Origin: Longimicrobiales bacterium
GTDB lineage: Bacteria; Gemmatimonadota; Gemmatimonadetes; Longimicrobiales; Gaopeijiaceae
Length of the DNA: 64,000 nt
Assembly (NCBI GenBank): GCA_965203485.1
Contig: OZ241892.1
Location: forward strand, 2,048,001-2,112,000
Direction: 5' to 3'
Shown: positions 29,343-39,602 of the stretch, in pieces
Layout: each line of letters starts with the position of its first letter
Numbering within the stretch: position 1 is the first letter of the stretch
Notes under the pieces: model-generated
The model's database searches: none
Seen by the model: the letters and a program-made list of their open reading frames with translations, nothing else
What the model was told of the DNA's origin: nothing
Translations under genes and position numbers: made by a program

Positions 29343-30800
29343 TCAAGCGCTCCGGGGCGGCGCTCCGCCTGGACGCACCCTCGTCCAGCGGGTGCCGCTT
29401 GGAGCGTCCTCCATGCGGACGCCCCGCGCGGCAAGCTCGTCGCGAATCCGGTCGGCCGTGGCGTAGTCGCGGCGGGCGCGGGCCTCGTTGCGAGCATCCA
29501 CGAGCTGGTCGACCTCGGCATCGGCGTCTGCGCCGACCCGGCGCGCTCGGTCGGCCAAGTCCATGACGCCGAGCGCCTCGTCCATGCCCGCCAGGGCTTC
29601 GAGCAGGGCGGTCCGGCTCTCGGGGGCGACGGCGTCCGAGGCCGCGTCCATCGCCGCGTTGGCGTCGCGCACCAGCGTCCACAGCTCGGCCAGAGCCCGC
29701 GAGACGTTGAGGTCGTCGGCCAGCGCGTCCAGGAAGGCCGCCGAGGCCGTCCTGGCTTGTTCCGCGAGACGTGGGGCGGACCCAGGCGCCGTCGCGGCGG
29801 CGCGCACCCGGCGGCGGAAGTCGAGCAGGCGCTGCACCGACGCGGCGGCGCTCTCCAAGCCCGCGCGCGTGAAGTCAAGCTCGCTCCGGTAGTGGGCCGA
29901 GAGCAGCGCCCAGCGAATCGAAGCCGGATCGCGGCCTTCGTCGAGCAACCCGCGCACCGTGTGGAAATTGCCGGCCGACTTCGACATCTTGCGGCCCTCG
30001 ACCTTCAGGTGCTTGACGTGCAGCCAGTGACGGGCGAAAGGCCGTCCCGTGGCGGCTTCGGACTGGGCGATTTCGTTCTCGTGGTGAGGGAAGAGCAGGT
30101 CTTCGCCGCCCAGATGGATGTCGATCGTGTCGCCGAGCATGTCCGTGCTCATGGCCGAGCACTCCAGGTGCCAGCCGGGACGCCCCGGGCCCCAGGGCGA
30201 GTCCCAGACGGCTCCCGCCGCGCGGTCGGCCGCCCGGGCCGCCTTCCAGAGCGCGAAGTCGCGCGCGTCGCCCTTCTCGTAGTCGTCCGCGTCGACCCTG
30301 GAGCGGCTCGCGCCGGCTTCGTCGGGCCGGGAGCCGGACAGCCGCCCGTAGTCCTCGAACGAGGAGACCGAGTAGTAGACGGAGCCGTCGGGCGCCGCGT
30401 AGGCGTGGCCGCGCTCCACCAGCCGCTCGACGAAGCGGATCATGACCGGCACGAAATCGGTGGCCCTCGGCAGGCGGGAGAACGGCAACATGCCCAGGGT
30501 CTCGGCGTCTTCCTGGAAGGCGCGCGCGAACGGCTCGGTGTGCTCGGCCAGCGCGACGCCCGCCGCGACTGCGCCGTCGATGGTCTTGTCGTCCACGTCC
30601 GTCAGGTTGACGACGAACTCGACTTCGCGTCCGTGCGCGCGCAGGCAACGGTGGAGGAGGTCGTAGACGAGAAACGCGCGGAAGTTGCCGACGTGGGCGA
30701 AGTCGTAGACGGTGGGACCGCAACCGTAGACCGTGACGCGCTCGGAATCGAGCGGCTCGAAGTCGACGAGCGCGCGCCGCAGCGAATCGTAGAGCCTCAC
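29343..30800 (-). CDS. cysS: Cysteine--tRNA ligase
   Basis: YGCGPTVYDFAHVGNFR (HIGH-like), GRPGWHLECSAM, DIHLGGEDLLFPHHENEIAQSE, KMSKS. Confidence 0.97.
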   Translation of the reverse strand: MRLYDSLRRALVDFEPLDSERVTVYGCGPTVYDFAHVGNFRAFLVYDLLHRCLRAHGREVEFVVNLTDVDDKTIDGAVAAGVALAEHTEPFARAFQEDAETLGMLPFSRLPRATDFVPVMIRFVERLVERGHAYAAPDGSVYYSVSSFEDYGRLSGSRPDEAGASRSRVDADDYEKGDARDFALWKAARAADRAAGAVWDSPWGPGRPGWHLECSAMSTDMLGDTIDIHLGGEDLLFPHHENEIAQSEAATGRPFARHWLHVKHLKVEGRKMSKSAGNFHTVRGLLDEGRDPASIRWALLSAHYRSELDFTRAGLESAAASVQRLLDFRRRVRAAATAPGSAPRLAEQARTASAAFLDALADDLNVSRALAELWTLVRDANAAMDAASDAVAPESRTALLEALAGMDEALGVMDLADRARRVGADADAEVDQLVDARNEARARRDYATADRIRDELAARGVRMEDAPSGTRWTRVRPGGAPPRSA

Positions 30801-31543
30801 GGCGCGGCGTTCCCGGCGCTCGCCGGGCGGCCGTCCCGTCCGCTCGCGGGCCCCGCCCCCGCAACGCTCGCGGCCATGGCGGCGAACGCTTCGGCGGGGT
30901 CGTCCGCCCGGGTGACTGGACGGCCCACCACGACGTGGCTCGCCCCGGCGGCGAACGCTTCGGCGGCCGTGCGCACGCGCCTCTGGTCGCCCGCATCCGC
31001 GCCCGGCGGCCGAATTCCGGGCGTAACCACCGCCGCGCCCGGTCCCAGCCGGGCCCGCAGGACCGCGGCTTCGGCGGCCGAACAGACCACGCCGCCCAAG
31101 CCCGCGGCCCGAACCATGGCGGCGAGTCGGCTGGCCTCGGCCCCCACATCGTGCACCGCGCGTCCCAGGATGCTCCCCAACGATGCCGCGTCGTGCGACG
31201 TCAGCACCGTGACGCCCAGCGCCGTCGTCTCGGCGGGGGCCGCCTCCGCGGCTGCCCGCAGCATCGCCGGCCCGCCCAACGCGTGCACCGTGAGCAAGCT
31301 CGCGCCACGCGCGGCCGCGCGGGCCACGGCGCGCCCCACCGTGTTCGGGATGTCGTGGAACTTCAAGTCCAGAAACACTTCCTTGCCCTTCTCTCGCAGC
31401 GCGGACACCACGCGCGGCCCACCCGCCGCGTAGAGTTCCAAGCCCACCTTGTAGAAGACGCATTCGGCGCCGATGCGGTCCACCAGCGAGAAAGCGCGAG
31501 ACGCACTCGGCACGTCGAGCGCCACGATGATGCGTTCCGTCAC
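30797..31543 (-). CDS. pyrF: Orotidine-5'-phosphate decarboxylase
   Basis: IIVALD, YKVGLEL, FLDLKFHDIPNTV, VTPGIRP, VVGRP. Confidence 0.96.
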   Translation of the reverse strand: MTERIIVALDVPSASRAFSLVDRIGAECVFYKVGLELYAAGGPRVVSALREKGKEVFLDLKFHDIPNTVGRAVARAAARGASLLTVHALGGPAMLRAAAEAAPAETTALGVTVLTSHDAASLGSILGRAVHDVGAEASRLAAMVRAAGLGGVVCSAAEAAVLRARLGPGAAVVTPGIRPPGADAGDQRRVRTAAEAFAAGASHVVVGRPVTRADDPAEAFAAMAASVAGAGPASGRDGRPASAGNAAP

Positions 31544-31550
31544 GAGAACG

Positions 31551-32573
31551 TCATCCCCGCAACCGCGTCTTGGGCGCGCCGGCAGCCGCGTTCCCGCCGC
31601 GGGAGACATGGGCGGCGCGCGCCGACGACCGTCGGCCGGACCGCGGCGCGGGTCGGGCCGGGCGCGTCCGCTCCGCAAGCACGTCGTAGGCAAGCGCGCG
31701 GGCGATGCGGGCGGCGCAACGCGGATCGGCGAACGAGCCCGTCCCGACCTGCACGAACGTCGCACCCGCCGCCAAGTACGCCCGCGCGTCCGTCGGCGAC
31801 AGCACGCCGCCCGCACCCGCCACCGGGACGTCGACCGTCTTCGAGACCGCGCGGACCGCCGCCAGTCCCACGGGCAGCAAGGCCGGCCCGCTGGTCCCCC
31901 CGGGCCCGGCCCCCAGCCGTGGCCTGCCTTCCCCGTCGAGAAGCAGTCCCGGCATCGTGTTTACCGCCGTGACGCCGTCCGCGCCCTCGGAGACGGCCTG
32001 CGCCGCCGTCCGGCCGATGTCGGGGTCGTTGGGAGCCAGCTTGGCCAGCAGCGGACGCCCGGCAAGCGGCCGCACTTCGCCCAGCACCTCCTTCATCGCC
32101 TCGGCGTCCAGGCTGACCGGCCGACCCCCCGTCCGGTCGTCGTTGGGGCAGGAGAGGTTGAGTTCGTAGCCCAGGAAGCCCTCCTCGCCCTCCAGGCCCC
32201 GAACGACGGCCGCGTACTCGGCGGCCGACCGGCCCGCAACCGACACGAACACCGGCAACCCTCCGAGAGCCCGCCGCATCCACGGAAGCTTCTCGCGCCG
32301 AACCGCGTCCAGGCCCGGGTTGGCCAGTCCCACCGAGTTGAGCATCCCGCCGCCGAACTCCGCGACGCGGGGCCCGGGAGCGCCGCCCCGGGGGCGAACG
32401 GTCACCGACTTGGTGACCAACGCCCCCACTTCGGACGGCGACATGGTCGCCGCGACCGGTTCGCCGAAGCCGCAGGTGCCGGCGGCGAGCCAGACGCGGC
32501 TGGAGAACTTCGCTCCAAACGCGGCGACTCCGGCGCCGCCCGGTTCGGCGGCCGTCTCCACGGCGAGGCTCAA
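31551..32573 (-). CDS. pyrD: Dihydroorotate dehydrogenase (class 1)
   Basis: AAGTCG, TKS, MLNSVGLANPG, ELNLSCPN, KLAPN, GGTSGP; TTG start overlaps the smpB stop. Confidence 0.92.
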   Translation of the reverse strand: MSLAVETAAEPGGAGVAAFGAKFSSRVWLAAGTCGFGEPVAATMSPSEVGALVTKSVTVRPRGGAPGPRVAEFGGGMLNSVGLANPGLDAVRREKLPWMRRALGGLPVFVSVAGRSAAEYAAVVRGLEGEEGFLGYELNLSCPNDDRTGGRPVSLDAEAMKEVLGEVRPLAGRPLLAKLAPNDPDIGRTAAQAVSEGADGVTAVNTMPGLLLDGEGRPRLGAGPGGTSGPALLPVGLAAVRAVSKTVDVPVAGAGGVLSPTDARAYLAAGATFVQVGTGSFADPRCAARIARALAYDVLAERTRPARPAPRSGRRSSARAAHVSRGGNAAAGAPKTRLRG

Positions 32574-33040
32574 TCCCGTCCCTTCATGGCTCGCTCGGCC
32601 TCCCGCTCCATCGTCTTGCGCTTCAGCTCCTCGCGCCGGTCCCGGCGCTTCTTGCCCCGGCACATCGCCAGCGTGACCTTGGCGACGCCACGCCGAAAAT
32701 AGATGTCGAGCGGCACCAGCGTGAGTCCCTTCTCTTCCGTCTTGGCGGCGATGCGGCGGATCTGGTCGCGGTGCAGCAGCAGCTTGCGGGGGCGGTTCTC
32801 GTCGTGGTTCCAGCGGTTGGCGCCTTCGTAGGGCGCGACGTGCAGGTTGTGAAGCCACAGCTCGCCCGCCGCGGCGCGCGCGTGGGCGTCCCGGAACGCG
32901 ACTTTCCCGGTGCGCAACGACTTCACCTCGGTTCCGTGCAGGACCAAGCCGGCCTCCCAGGTGTCCAGGACTTCGTAGTCGTGGCGAGCCTTCCTGTTGC
33001 GGGCCACGACTCGCCGCGAGTGCGACGGCCGGCCGCTCAA
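32570..33040 (-). CDS. smpB: SsrA-binding protein
   Basis: NRKARHDY, EAGLVLHGTEVKSLR, RKLLLH, GLTLVPL, RGKK. Confidence 0.96.
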   Translation of the reverse strand: MSGRPSHSRRVVARNRKARHDYEVLDTWEAGLVLHGTEVKSLRTGKVAFRDAHARAAAGELWLHNLHVAPYEGANRWNHDENRPRKLLLHRDQIRRIAAKTEEKGLTLVPLDIYFRRGVAKVTLAMCRGKKRRDRREELKRKTMEREAERAMKGRD

Positions 33041-33825
33041 AAGATGAGGACGGGCGTCCCGACCTCGACCATGTGGTAGAGCTCTCGAGCCGCTTCGTTC
33101 GTCAGACGGATGCAACCGTGCGACACGCGGCGCCCGTCGGCGTCGGGAACCAGGATCAGGTCGGGCCGCTCGGTGCCGTGGATGGCGATTCCGTCGCCCA
33201 GATAGATGGCGGTGTTGCCCATCGCGCCCGGGATCCGCCGCGACCCGTGATCGGGGCTCGGAACGGGCACGCCGCGCTCGACGAAGTGCCAGTCCGGGGC
33301 AATCCAAACGGGATCCTTCTCCTTGCGGCGCACGCGAAAGAAGCCGCGCGGCGTGGAGAACGTCCAGCGCTGCCCGGCCCCGGCCAGGCGAAAGCCGGTG
33401 CCCGTGCCGGCCGGCGCCGACCACAGCAGGTCGCTGCCGTCCACCCAGTAGACCCGGCTCGTCTCCAGGTGCACGAGCACATGGGGGACGCCGAGCCCGG
33501 CCAGCGGCGACGCCAACGCCGTCAGCCCGTCGCCCGCGGGATCGCCGAAGAAGGCGATCTCCTCCTGCGCTGCCGCGACCGCCGGGACCCCGCAGAGGAC
33601 CAGAGGCGCCAGGACGGCGCCCCCGCGCTTGGCCAGGGGCACGGAACCCCCTCGCCCGGCGGACAGGGCGCTCGCCGGCGAGAGTCGGCCGTTCGGCGCC
33701 GTCGGCCAACGGCGCCGTCGGACTGCCCGGCGCATCCCAGCGCCAGAGCCGGCGCGTCTTGCGGCGAGCACGATCGTCCGGCCCAGGCGCAAGACATGCC
33801 CGCCGCGCGCCCGCCGCGCGCTCAT
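33037..33825 (-). CDS. L,D-transpeptidase (YkuD domain)
   Basis: [31 protein letters not shown] catalytic motif; true start may be the GTG near 33642. Confidence 0.88.
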   Translation of the reverse strand: MSARRARGGHVLRLGRTIVLAARRAGSGAGMRRAVRRRRWPTAPNGRLSPASALSAGRGGSVPLAKRGGAVLAPLVLCGVPAVAAAQEEIAFFGDPAGDGLTALASPLAGLGVPHVLVHLETSRVYWVDGSDLLWSAPAGTGTGFRLAGAGQRWTFSTPRGFFRVRRKEKDPVWIAPDWHFVERGVPVPSPDHGSRRIPGAMGNTAIYLGDGIAIHGTERPDLILVPDADGRRVSHGCIRLTNEAARELYHMVEVGTPVLIF

Positions 33826-34472
33826 CCTCCCCGCGCTTCCCAGTCGGCCAAGAAGCTACGGATGCCCCGGTCGGTGAGCGGGTGCTTCATCGCCTGCTGC
33901 AGCACCTTCAACGGGCACGTGGCGACGTGCGCGCCGGCCAAGGCCGACTCGATCACGTGGCGGGGGTGGCGGATGGAGGCGGCCAGGATGCGCGTCTCGA
34001 TCCGCGGATTCTGCTCGAAGACCGCCGCGATCTCGCGGATGAGGTCCATGCCGTCTTGCGATGCGTCGTCGAGCCTTCCCACAAACGGCGACACCACGAA
34101 CGCGCCCGCCAAGGCGGCGAAGAGCGCTTGGTTGGCATTGAAGACCAGCGTCACGTTGCAACGGATGCCGCGCTCGCGCAGGCGCGACACGGCCTCCAGT
34201 CCCGCGGGCGTGCTCGGCACCTTGACGATCACGTTCGGATGCCACGCGGCGTATTCGACGCCCTCGTCGACCATCCCGTCGGCATCCTCCGACACGGTCT
34301 CGGCGCTGATCGGGCCGTCCACGAGGGTCGCGATCTCCTTGATCGTCTCCTCGAAGCCCGCCCCCTCTTCACGGGCCAGAAGGGACGGGTTCGTAGTGAC
34401 GCCGCTCAGAATCCCCCAGCGAGCGGCGGTCCGGATCTCGTCCAGGTTCGCCGTATCAAGAAAGATTTCCAC
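33822..34472 (-). CDS. fsa: Fructose-6-phosphate aldolase / transaldolase
   Basis: [50 protein letters not shown]. Confidence 0.93.
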   Translation of the reverse strand: MEIFLDTANLDEIRTAARWGILSGVTTNPSLLAREEGAGFEETIKEIATLVDGPISAETVSEDADGMVDEGVEYAAWHPNVIVKVPSTPAGLEAVSRLRERGIRCNVTLVFNANQALFAALAGAFVVSPFVGRLDDASQDGMDLIREIAAVFEQNPRIETRILAASIRHPRHVIESALAGAHVATCPLKVLQQAMKHPLTDRGIRSFLADWEARGG

Positions 34473-34508
34473 GACGCTTCCTTCCGGACGCGCGGGTGCG
34501 CCTTCGGG

Positions 34509-34916
34509 TCAGGCGCCCGGTTCGGGTTCGGCGGAATCCTCCGGTCGGCGGCCGTCCTCGCGGTCGCCGGCCCGCGCGTCGGCGGCCCCGGCCCGGTAGG
34601 CGGCCTTCGACCGCTCCAGCTTGTCCTCCAAGTCCGCCCGCGCGTCGGCGGCCAGCCTCTTGCCCTGCTCCACGACGCCCTTCGCCGACTCCACGCGCAG
34701 GCCCAGGTCCTCTCGCAGGCCCTTCATGCGGTCCTCCGTCAGGCTCCGCAGGCGCTTGGCCTGTTCCTTGAGGCGGCGCTGCGTGTCTTCGCCGGAGCCG
34801 GGAGCCAGCAGGAGAGCGACGGCCGCACCCACCAGAGCGCCCAGGAGGAAGGCACCGATCTCGGAGCGTCCGTCCTTCTCCACGACGACCGTTCGCTGGC
34901 CTTCTTCGGCGCTCAC
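34509..34916 (-). CDS. YtxH domain-containing protein
   Basis: AFLLGALVGAAVALLLAPGSGEDT followed by a coiled coil. Confidence 0.87.
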   Translation of the reverse strand: MSAEEGQRTVVVEKDGRSEIGAFLLGALVGAAVALLLAPGSGEDTQRRLKEQAKRLRSLTEDRMKGLREDLGLRVESAKGVVEQGKRLAADARADLEDKLERSKAAYRAGAADARAGDREDGRRPEDSAEPEPGA

Positions 34917-35011
34917 GTATCGACGGCCTCGGCCTTGGTGACCTCGCGCCCTGCGGCCCTCTCCAGGATGTCCTTCCACGAGGCCAGAAGCCGCCGGTTC
35001 ACGCCCCTCAC
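34913..35011 (-). CDS. Putative 32-aa small protein
   Basis: MRGVNRRLLASWKDILERAAGREVTKAEAVDT; GTGA overlaps with both the upstream sORF stop and the ytxH start. Confidence 0.5.
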   Translation of the reverse strand: MRGVNRRLLASWKDILERAAGREVTKAEAVDT

Positions 35012-35094
35012 GAGTCCCCCCTGTCTTGAGTCAGTCGGTACACCACGACCGCGAACACGATGCACATCACCGAGGCCATCAGTCCAGGCAACAT
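35008..35094 (-). CDS. Putative 28-aa single-TM small protein
   Basis: MLPGLMASVMCIVFAVVVYRLTQDRGDS preceded by a GGAGG RBS about 8 nt upstream. Confidence 0.55.
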   Translation of the reverse strand: MLPGLMASVMCIVFAVVVYRLTQDRGDS

Positions 35095-35474
35095 TACGAT
35101 ACCCTCCGTATCACCGTCCCGCATCCCACGGGTCCCGGGCCGACGGCGCCGACGCTTGGAATCTAACCGCGCCCATCCGCGACCAACAGGAAGGGCTCCG
35201 CGCGCGCCCGCCTTATTCCAAGTTCGGTCTCCATCGCCAAATAAGAGGTATCCATATTCAAGGTTGGGCCGCCAGGATGCAATACGCGGCAGGACGGCGC
35301 GGTGCACAGGGACGTCGCCGACGCTCGCCGACTCCGGCAGTCGAACCGCCAAGATGCTTCGGCCCCGGGTGCGGTCGCAGGGGCGAGGCGGCCTCGCGAG
35401 TCGGCGCGCAACGCGTCCGCGCTTCCAGCCGCGCCCGCGGCGGTTGGCGGCCAGCCCCAAAAGGGCCGCCGCGC

Positions 35475-37019
35475 TCAGACCTGCCAGCGGGGATCCGGCG
35501 GCGCGACGCGCAACGCCTCGTCCTCGGACGCGCCCAGCAACTCGCGGGCGATCCTCTTGCCCAGTTCCACGCCGGGCTGGTTCAGCGGATCGACGCCGTA
35601 GAGCGAACCGGCGTAGGCGACGGCGATCTGGAACAGCATCAAGAGTCCGCCCAGCGAGCGGGCGTTCAGCGCGTCCACCGCCACGGTCATGTTCAGGCGC
35701 CCCGACCGGCGGAGCGCGTCGGCGGTCGCCCTTCGCCCGCCGTCCAGCAGCTGGAAGAGGTTGCGGTCCTGCAGGTACGACGTAGCCGCTTCGCGCGGAA
35801 ACGCGGCGGGCACGGCCACCACGTCTTCGTCCGGCGACCGGCAGGCCACGAACACAACGACCTTGTCGCGCGGCCCCTCCATGAGGAGCTGGACGACCGA
35901 ATGCTGGTCCGTCGCGCCTACCGCGGGAAGGGGCGTCGGCCCCGTCTCGACCACAGCGCCGCTCCTGTCGAGCGCCTTGCCCAGCGATTCGGCCCAGAGT
36001 TGCTGAAACCACGCCGCGAACCAGCGCAGGCGGTCCGCGTACGGCATCAGGACGTGGACGCTCGCGCCCCCTTCGGCGTGGGCCGCGTGCAGCAAGGTGG
36101 CGATCATGCCCGCCGGGTTGTCGCGGAGAACCGGCGTGGCGCACCGGAGCGCCATCTCCCCCGCCCCATCAAGCAACTCGCGCACGTCCACGCCGACGGC
36201 GGCCGCCGGCATCAGGCCCGCGGACGACAGCGCGGAGAACCGGCCGCCCACGTTGTCGGGCGCGGGCAACCATGTGGCGCCCAAGTCGCGCGCGAGCCTG
36301 CGGAGCGGACCGGCGCGCCCCGTAGTGACCACGAGCCGCCTGCCCGCGTCTTCGCCCGCCGCCCGCCGCAACCGCTCCCAGGCGACCATGAAGTTGGCCA
36401 TCGTCTCGGCGGTCGCGCCCGACTTGCTGACGACGTTGATCGCCGTGCTGTGCAAGTCGAGCCGGGCGAGCAAGCCGGAGACCGTCGCAGGATCCGGGTT
36501 GTCGAGGACATAGAGCCGGGGGCGAGGGAAGACGGGATGCCGGCCGCGCGGCGCGGCCCCCGCTGGTGCGCTCGCCGCCGCGCGCGCGGCCGCATCCATT
36601 TCGTTCCAGAACGGCGGCAGAAGGGCGCCCCCGAGGGCCTTCGCGCCCACGGCCGAACCGCCGATTCCGATCACGACCAGCGCGTCGAAGCGGCGCACGG
36701 CCCGGGCCGCGGCGAGCGCGGCCGCGACCGCCGCTCGGTCGGACGGAACGTCGAAGAACGCCATCTCGCCGGTGGCGCGCCGGCCCTCCACGTCGTCGAA
36801 CGCGCCCCGAAAGCGGCCGGCCAAGTCGCCCCTGCCCGCCAGCCGCTGCGAGTCGAAACCGCCGGGACCCTCCAGGACGCCCGCCAGCATGTTTCCGTAG
36901 TCCACCGAGACGGCGCGCTGGTCGGCGGCGGCCGGCGCGGAGGCGGCGCTCGATCCCCCCGCGCCCGGATCCGGCCCGGACCCGGACGTCGTCGCGGCGT
37001 CCACGCGTCCGGCCGTCAC
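35475..37019 (-). CDS. pgi: Glucose-6-phosphate isomerase
   Basis: GIGGS, VVSKSGATAET, VGGRFSALS, QLWAESLGK, GATDQHS, PLNQPGVELGK. Confidence 0.94.
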   Translation of the reverse strand: MTAGRVDAATTSGSGPDPGAGGSSAASAPAAADQRAVSVDYGNMLAGVLEGPGGFDSQRLAGRGDLAGRFRGAFDDVEGRRATGEMAFFDVPSDRAAVAAALAAARAVRRFDALVVIGIGGSAVGAKALGGALLPPFWNEMDAAARAAASAPAGAAPRGRHPVFPRPRLYVLDNPDPATVSGLLARLDLHSTAINVVSKSGATAETMANFMVAWERLRRAAGEDAGRRLVVTTGRAGPLRRLARDLGATWLPAPDNVGGRFSALSSAGLMPAAAVGVDVRELLDGAGEMALRCATPVLRDNPAGMIATLLHAAHAEGGASVHVLMPYADRLRWFAAWFQQLWAESLGKALDRSGAVVETGPTPLPAVGATDQHSVVQLLMEGPRDKVVVFVACRSPDEDVVAVPAAFPREAATSYLQDRNLFQLLDGGRRATADALRRSGRLNMTVAVDALNARSLGGLLMLFQIAVAYAGSLYGVDPLNQPGVELGKRIARELLGASEDEALRVAPPDPRWQV

Positions 37020-37795
37020 GCCACGTCCACGGCGAGCCCGTCGAAGGCCGGTTCGATGCCCGCGGGCAACGCCGCGGCGAGTTCGGCGTACCCTAGCCGG
37101 TGCGTCAGGTGCGTCAGGAAGGTTCGCCGCGCACCCACCGCACGGGCCGCGGCGACGGCCTCTTCCACGTTGAAGTGGGTCGGATGCGGATTGCCCCACC
37201 AGAGGGCGTTCAGCACCAGCACGTCCACTCCGCTCAGGATGTCGAGAGCGTCGGGAGGCAGTCCCTTGGCGTCGGTCACGTAGCCGAGGCCGGCCGCGCG
37301 GAGGCCGAAGGCGTGCCCCGGCCCGTGCGGAACGCGAAACGGCACCACGCGGGTGCCCAGCACGGTCTCGGGCCGACCGTGCGCGTAGGTCTTCAGCGCG
37401 ATGCGGGGCTTGGTCGTGCCGTCCGGGACTCGCACGCGGTCGTCGAAGATGTAGGGGAACCGCCCCGCGATCTCGGCCTCCGCGCCGTCGGGAAGGTAGG
37501 CCGGGACCGGGCCGCGCCCCTGCGTCGAGAAGACGCGAACGTCGTCGATGCCGTGGACGTGGTCCGCGTGCAGGTGCGTGTACCAGACCGCGCCCACGCT
37601 GGCGACGCCGGCCGCGAGGAGTTGCAGGCGAAGCTCGGGCGGCGTGTCGATCAGCAGGTTGCCGCCGCCGAGCTCCACCAGCGCGCCGTGGCGCGTGCGC
37701 TTGTCTCGGGGATCGTCCGACAGGCAGTTGGCGCAGTCGCACCCGATCACCGGAACGCCGAACGACGTCCCCGTCCCGAGGAACGTCAGACGCAC
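37016..37795 (-). CDS. MBL-fold metallo-hydrolase (PhnP-like)
   Basis: LGTGTSFGVPVIGCDCANC, DTPPELRLQL, THLHADHVHGIDD, YVTD, HPTH, THLTH. Confidence 0.92.
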   Translation of the reverse strand: MRLTFLGTGTSFGVPVIGCDCANCLSDDPRDKRTRHGALVELGGGNLLIDTPPELRLQLLAAGVASVGAVWYTHLHADHVHGIDDVRVFSTQGRGPVPAYLPDGAEAEIAGRFPYIFDDRVRVPDGTTKPRIALKTYAHGRPETVLGTRVVPFRVPHGPGHAFGLRAAGLGYVTDAKGLPPDALDILSGVDVLVLNALWWGNPHPTHFNVEEAVAAARAVGARRTFLTHLTHRLGYAELAAALPAGIEPAFDGLAVDVA

Positions 37796-37832
37796 GCGCT
37801 TGCCGTCCTCCCGACCCGTCCGCTTCGGCTGG

Positions 37833-39251
37833 TCAGAGCTGCTCCACCCGCATCGTGTTGGTCGAGCCCGGCCGGTGGAACGGGAGGCCCGAAGTCACGA
37901 CTACGGGGTCGCCCCGCCGGCCCGCGCCCGCGTCCACCACCACGCGCTTGCCGAAGTCCGTCAGGTTCTGGTACGTCACCTCCCCCTCTTCGGCCAGCAC
38001 CGCGCGCACGCCCCACACGCCGTTCAGCTGCCGGCAGACCTTGCCGTCGGTGCAGACCGAGAAGATCGGCGTCGCGGGCCGGTAGGACGAGACAAGCTTG
38101 GCCGAGAAGCCGCTGCGCGTGATGACGACGATCGCGGGTGCGCCCAGGTCGGCCGCGGAGCGCACCGACGAGGCCGCCACGGCGTGCTCCGTGAGCGAAG
38201 CGCCGCGCCGCTGAACGGGTCCCGCCGCCGACAGGTAATGCGGTCCCTTCTCGAGCACTCCGCTGCCTTCGATCTCTGCGGCGATGCGCACCATCGTCTC
38301 CACCGCCGCCACGGGATGCTTGCCGACGGCCGTCTCGCCGGACAGCATCAGCGCGTCCGTGCCGTCCAGGATCGCGTTGGCCACGTCGGACGTCTCGGCC
38401 CGGGTCGGGCTCGGGAACTCGGTCATCGACTCGAGCATCTGCGTGGCGGTGACGACCGGGCATGCGTATCCGTTGGCCGCCTGGATGACGCGCTTCTGCG
38501 ACAGCGGCACCGACGCGAACGGCAACTCCACGCCCAAGTCTCCGCGCGCCACCATGACCGCGTCGCTGTACGCCAGGATGCCGTCCAGCTCGTCGAGCGC
38601 GCCCGCCTTCTCGATCTTCGCGACGAGCCAAGCCCGCCCCGCCAAGCGCCTGCGCAGGTCCTCCACGTCGCGATGCGTGCGGACGAACGAGAGGCACACG
38701 TACTCCGCGTCCACCTCGAACGCCAACTCCAGGTCGGCCGCGTCCTTCTCCGTCACCGACGGCGTGCTCAGGTCCACGTTGGGCAGGTTGATCCCCTTGC
38801 GGCTCCGCAGCACGCCTCCGCGCACCACCTCGAAGCTGGCCCGCGCGCCGTCCGTGGCCGTGCATTGGAGCTCCATGAGTCCGTCGTCGAGGAGCAGCTG
38901 CGCCCCGGGGGCCACCTCCTCCGCAAGCGCCGCGTAGCTCGTCGGGATGTCGCCCGGCCCGCAGGCGTCCTCCGGCGCGATCGTCACCTCGGCGCCGACC
39001 GGCAGCTCCAGCGGCCCGGCGAGGTCGCCGATGCGAAGCTTGGGGCCCTGCAGGTCGATCATCAGAGCCACGGGGCGGTTCTCGGTGCGCGCCGCCTCGC
39101 GAACCAAGCCAACGGCGCGCCGGTGGCCCTCGTGGCCGCCGTGCGACATGTTGATGCGGGCCACGTTCATCCCTGCGCGCACCATGGCGGCCAGCACGTC
39201 CGGCTTCGCGCTCGCCGGGCCGATCGTGGCGATGATCTTGGTCCTGATCAT
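37833..39251 (-). CDS. pyk: Pyruvate kinase
   Basis: RTKIIATIGPAS, ARINMSHG, DLQGPKLR, KIEK, MVARGDLGVE, ATQMLESM, DALMLSGETA. Confidence 0.97.
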   Translation of the reverse strand: MIRTKIIATIGPASAKPDVLAAMVRAGMNVARINMSHGGHEGHRRAVGLVREAARTENRPVALMIDLQGPKLRIGDLAGPLELPVGAEVTIAPEDACGPGDIPTSYAALAEEVAPGAQLLLDDGLMELQCTATDGARASFEVVRGGVLRSRKGINLPNVDLSTPSVTEKDAADLELAFEVDAEYVCLSFVRTHRDVEDLRRRLAGRAWLVAKIEKAGALDELDGILAYSDAVMVARGDLGVELPFASVPLSQKRVIQAANGYACPVVTATQMLESMTEFPSPTRAETSDVANAILDGTDALMLSGETAVGKHPVAAVETMVRIAAEIEGSGVLEKGPHYLSAAGPVQRRGASLTEHAVAASSVRSAADLGAPAIVVITRSGFSAKLVSSYRPATPIFSVCTDGKVCRQLNGVWGVRAVLAEEGEVTYQNLTDFGKRVVVDAGAGRRGDPVVVTSGLPFHRPGSTNTMRVEQL

Positions 39252-39602
39252 GAAGGAGCCGCCTAGCGGCGCGGGGGCTGCAAGCGTGGCGCGGGTCCTG
39301 CGAAGTGCGCGTCCGGATGGCCGCCGCCTTCCGGGGCTACGAAAGTAAGTTACGATTCGGCTTTCCGCCCGGCGCGCGCTGCGGCCGGCGCTGTTGCAGG
39401 CCTTGCCGCCGCCGGAGGCCGCGCCAAGGGGCGCCGTCGCGACGCGCATCGACCGAACGCCTGCACGGCGCCGGACCCGCCCCTGGGGGCCAGCGTCCAG
39501 GAGGGGGACGGGTGTCGCCGCCGCCTGCGGAACGCACGCCGTGCCAGCACCGCGCGGACCGTCCCGCTACCCTTCCATGGCTTCGCGCCGATACGATCCG
39601 TC

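Noticed and set aside
32570..35470. tmRNA (ssrA) near smpB
   Set aside because: No GGGG..-type tRNA-like ends or tag reading frame found in nearby intergenic DNA
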